DNA from: Nemertoderma westbladi
Taxonomy: Eukaryota; Animalia; Xenacoelomorpha
Direction: 5' to 3'
Assembly (NCBI GenBank): GCA_032718475.1
Contig: JAUCBJ010000306.1
Coordinates: forward strand, 59,994 to 123,993
DNA length: 64,000 bases
Below the pieces are notes generated by a model. That model was not told the DNA's origin and did no database searches. It saw only the letters and a list, made by a program, of their open reading frames with translations. Of this stretch, positions 62,801 to 64,000 are shown one piece after another (position 1 is the stretch's first letter; each line of letters starts with the position of its first letter). The translations under genes and the position numbers were made by a program.

Positions 62801-63429
62801 TATAAAAGTTGTCTGTAGTGTAAGTAGAGCTGTCGATTCTCAGGGGAACTATATGACGTAACTTATAGAATAGTCCAGTAGTTCGAGAAATTTTTTTTAA
62901 ACCTGTATTTATATCGGGTTACTGTGCCGGATGGCCGCTAACTAGAATGACCGCTGGCTATAAATAAATACAACAGTCCGATAGTCGGCTTGGTCCGACT
63001 ATCCTGAGGCCCAATAACTGGGAACGATATTCCAACAGTCAGACGCGGGGTCTGCAGTCTAATAGTCAGCCCCTGAGTCTGAATGTCCTATCGGCGGATT
63101 GGTAAAGGATGGCAATTGCTAAGGGTGAAGTATGGATAAAGACGCGCTAGCTACGGGGACTGTCAGGCTGAGGCTACTGACTCCATCTAATATGAAAAAG
63201 CTCCTGTAAACTATTGTGGTCTCGGGTCGTATAATATAATGACAGACAAGGCACGAATACAGAAATAGAAATATACCATATGGTATATTCCACCCACATG
63301 CGAACTCACAGATAAAGTTCGTGTCTGAAAAAATGTCAGACACACACAGCCTGACAGCACATCCAACCACTGCTGCACTAGGCAAACAGAAGCCAGTCAG
63401 TTGGACCTACGGGTAAATAGGCCCTTAGC

Positions 63430-64000
63430 TTAACCCTATTAGTACCGGGCTATAAAATGCTGTACAAATACTGGGGGGGGGGGGGGGTCATATTGACCCC
63501 TCCCTCTAAAATCTACAAATATTAACGAAAACGTCTGATTTTTTGTTTGTACGTAGGTATCACTAGTCTGGATCCGACCGAAAAAAAAAATTTTCGAAAA
63601 AATGTACTGGGGAGGTAATATTGCAGCACCAAAATTACAAGTAGTGCACAATTTTCACAAAATTTGAAAGTTACATTTTTCGGCTAATTGTTTTTCAATA
63701 CAGGTTTTCTGGAGCGCAAAATACATTGGAAAATATTTAAAAATGATAAGATTACCATAAATGGCTGTTTAGTCCTCTATGCGTAGGAAAAAAATGAAAA
63801 AAACAAGTAACCAGCACTTTTCAGTTAGAACACAAAATTTTCAATTCACTTATACGATGCTATAAATGCACATTTTCAGGTTTTCTTGGGCGCTGATTCT
63901 AATGGAATACATTTCAAATATGCCAGATCATTGCTACTTGTATTTTTCGGCGTAATTTGGCAAATTTTGGTGCTAGCACTAAATTTCGTACCCATAACCA
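63430..64000. mobile_element. Possible piggyBac-type MITE left end
   Basis: TTAA followed by CCCT, with internal palindrome GGGGTCATATTGACCCC. The other end is not in the window. Confidence 0.35.

Overview
Eukaryotic, repeat-rich window, probably from an invertebrate (taxon not determinable). (1) A BEL/Pao LTR retrotransposon on + (<1-16074) has damaged gag and integrase but an intact 1235-aa extra ORF. That ORF carries a DEDDy (WRN/EXD/Mut-7-like) 3'-5' exonuclease-like domain, three CCHC knuckles and an RG-rich tail. The element also carries about 8 dispersed copies of a CAAACC-YGYG-GGTTTGG hairpin. (2) A multi-exon C2H2 zinc-finger gene on - (exons 52900 to 19381, phase-consistent, both ends unresolved) is missed by the ORF track. 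Four of its introns are filled by tandem arrays (24-bp x ~990, 22/35-bp, 35-bp, 39/40-bp), each starting at a 5' splice site and repeating it. The BEL element sits in one of these arrays. (3) An intact, young Gypsy element on - (53109-58143) has no target-site duplication. (4) The rest comprises a decayed BEL fragment, LINE 3' remnants, MITE-like ends and an intronless Ly6/three-finger GPI-type gene on +. The giant 6-7 kaa ORFs are satellite artefacts.
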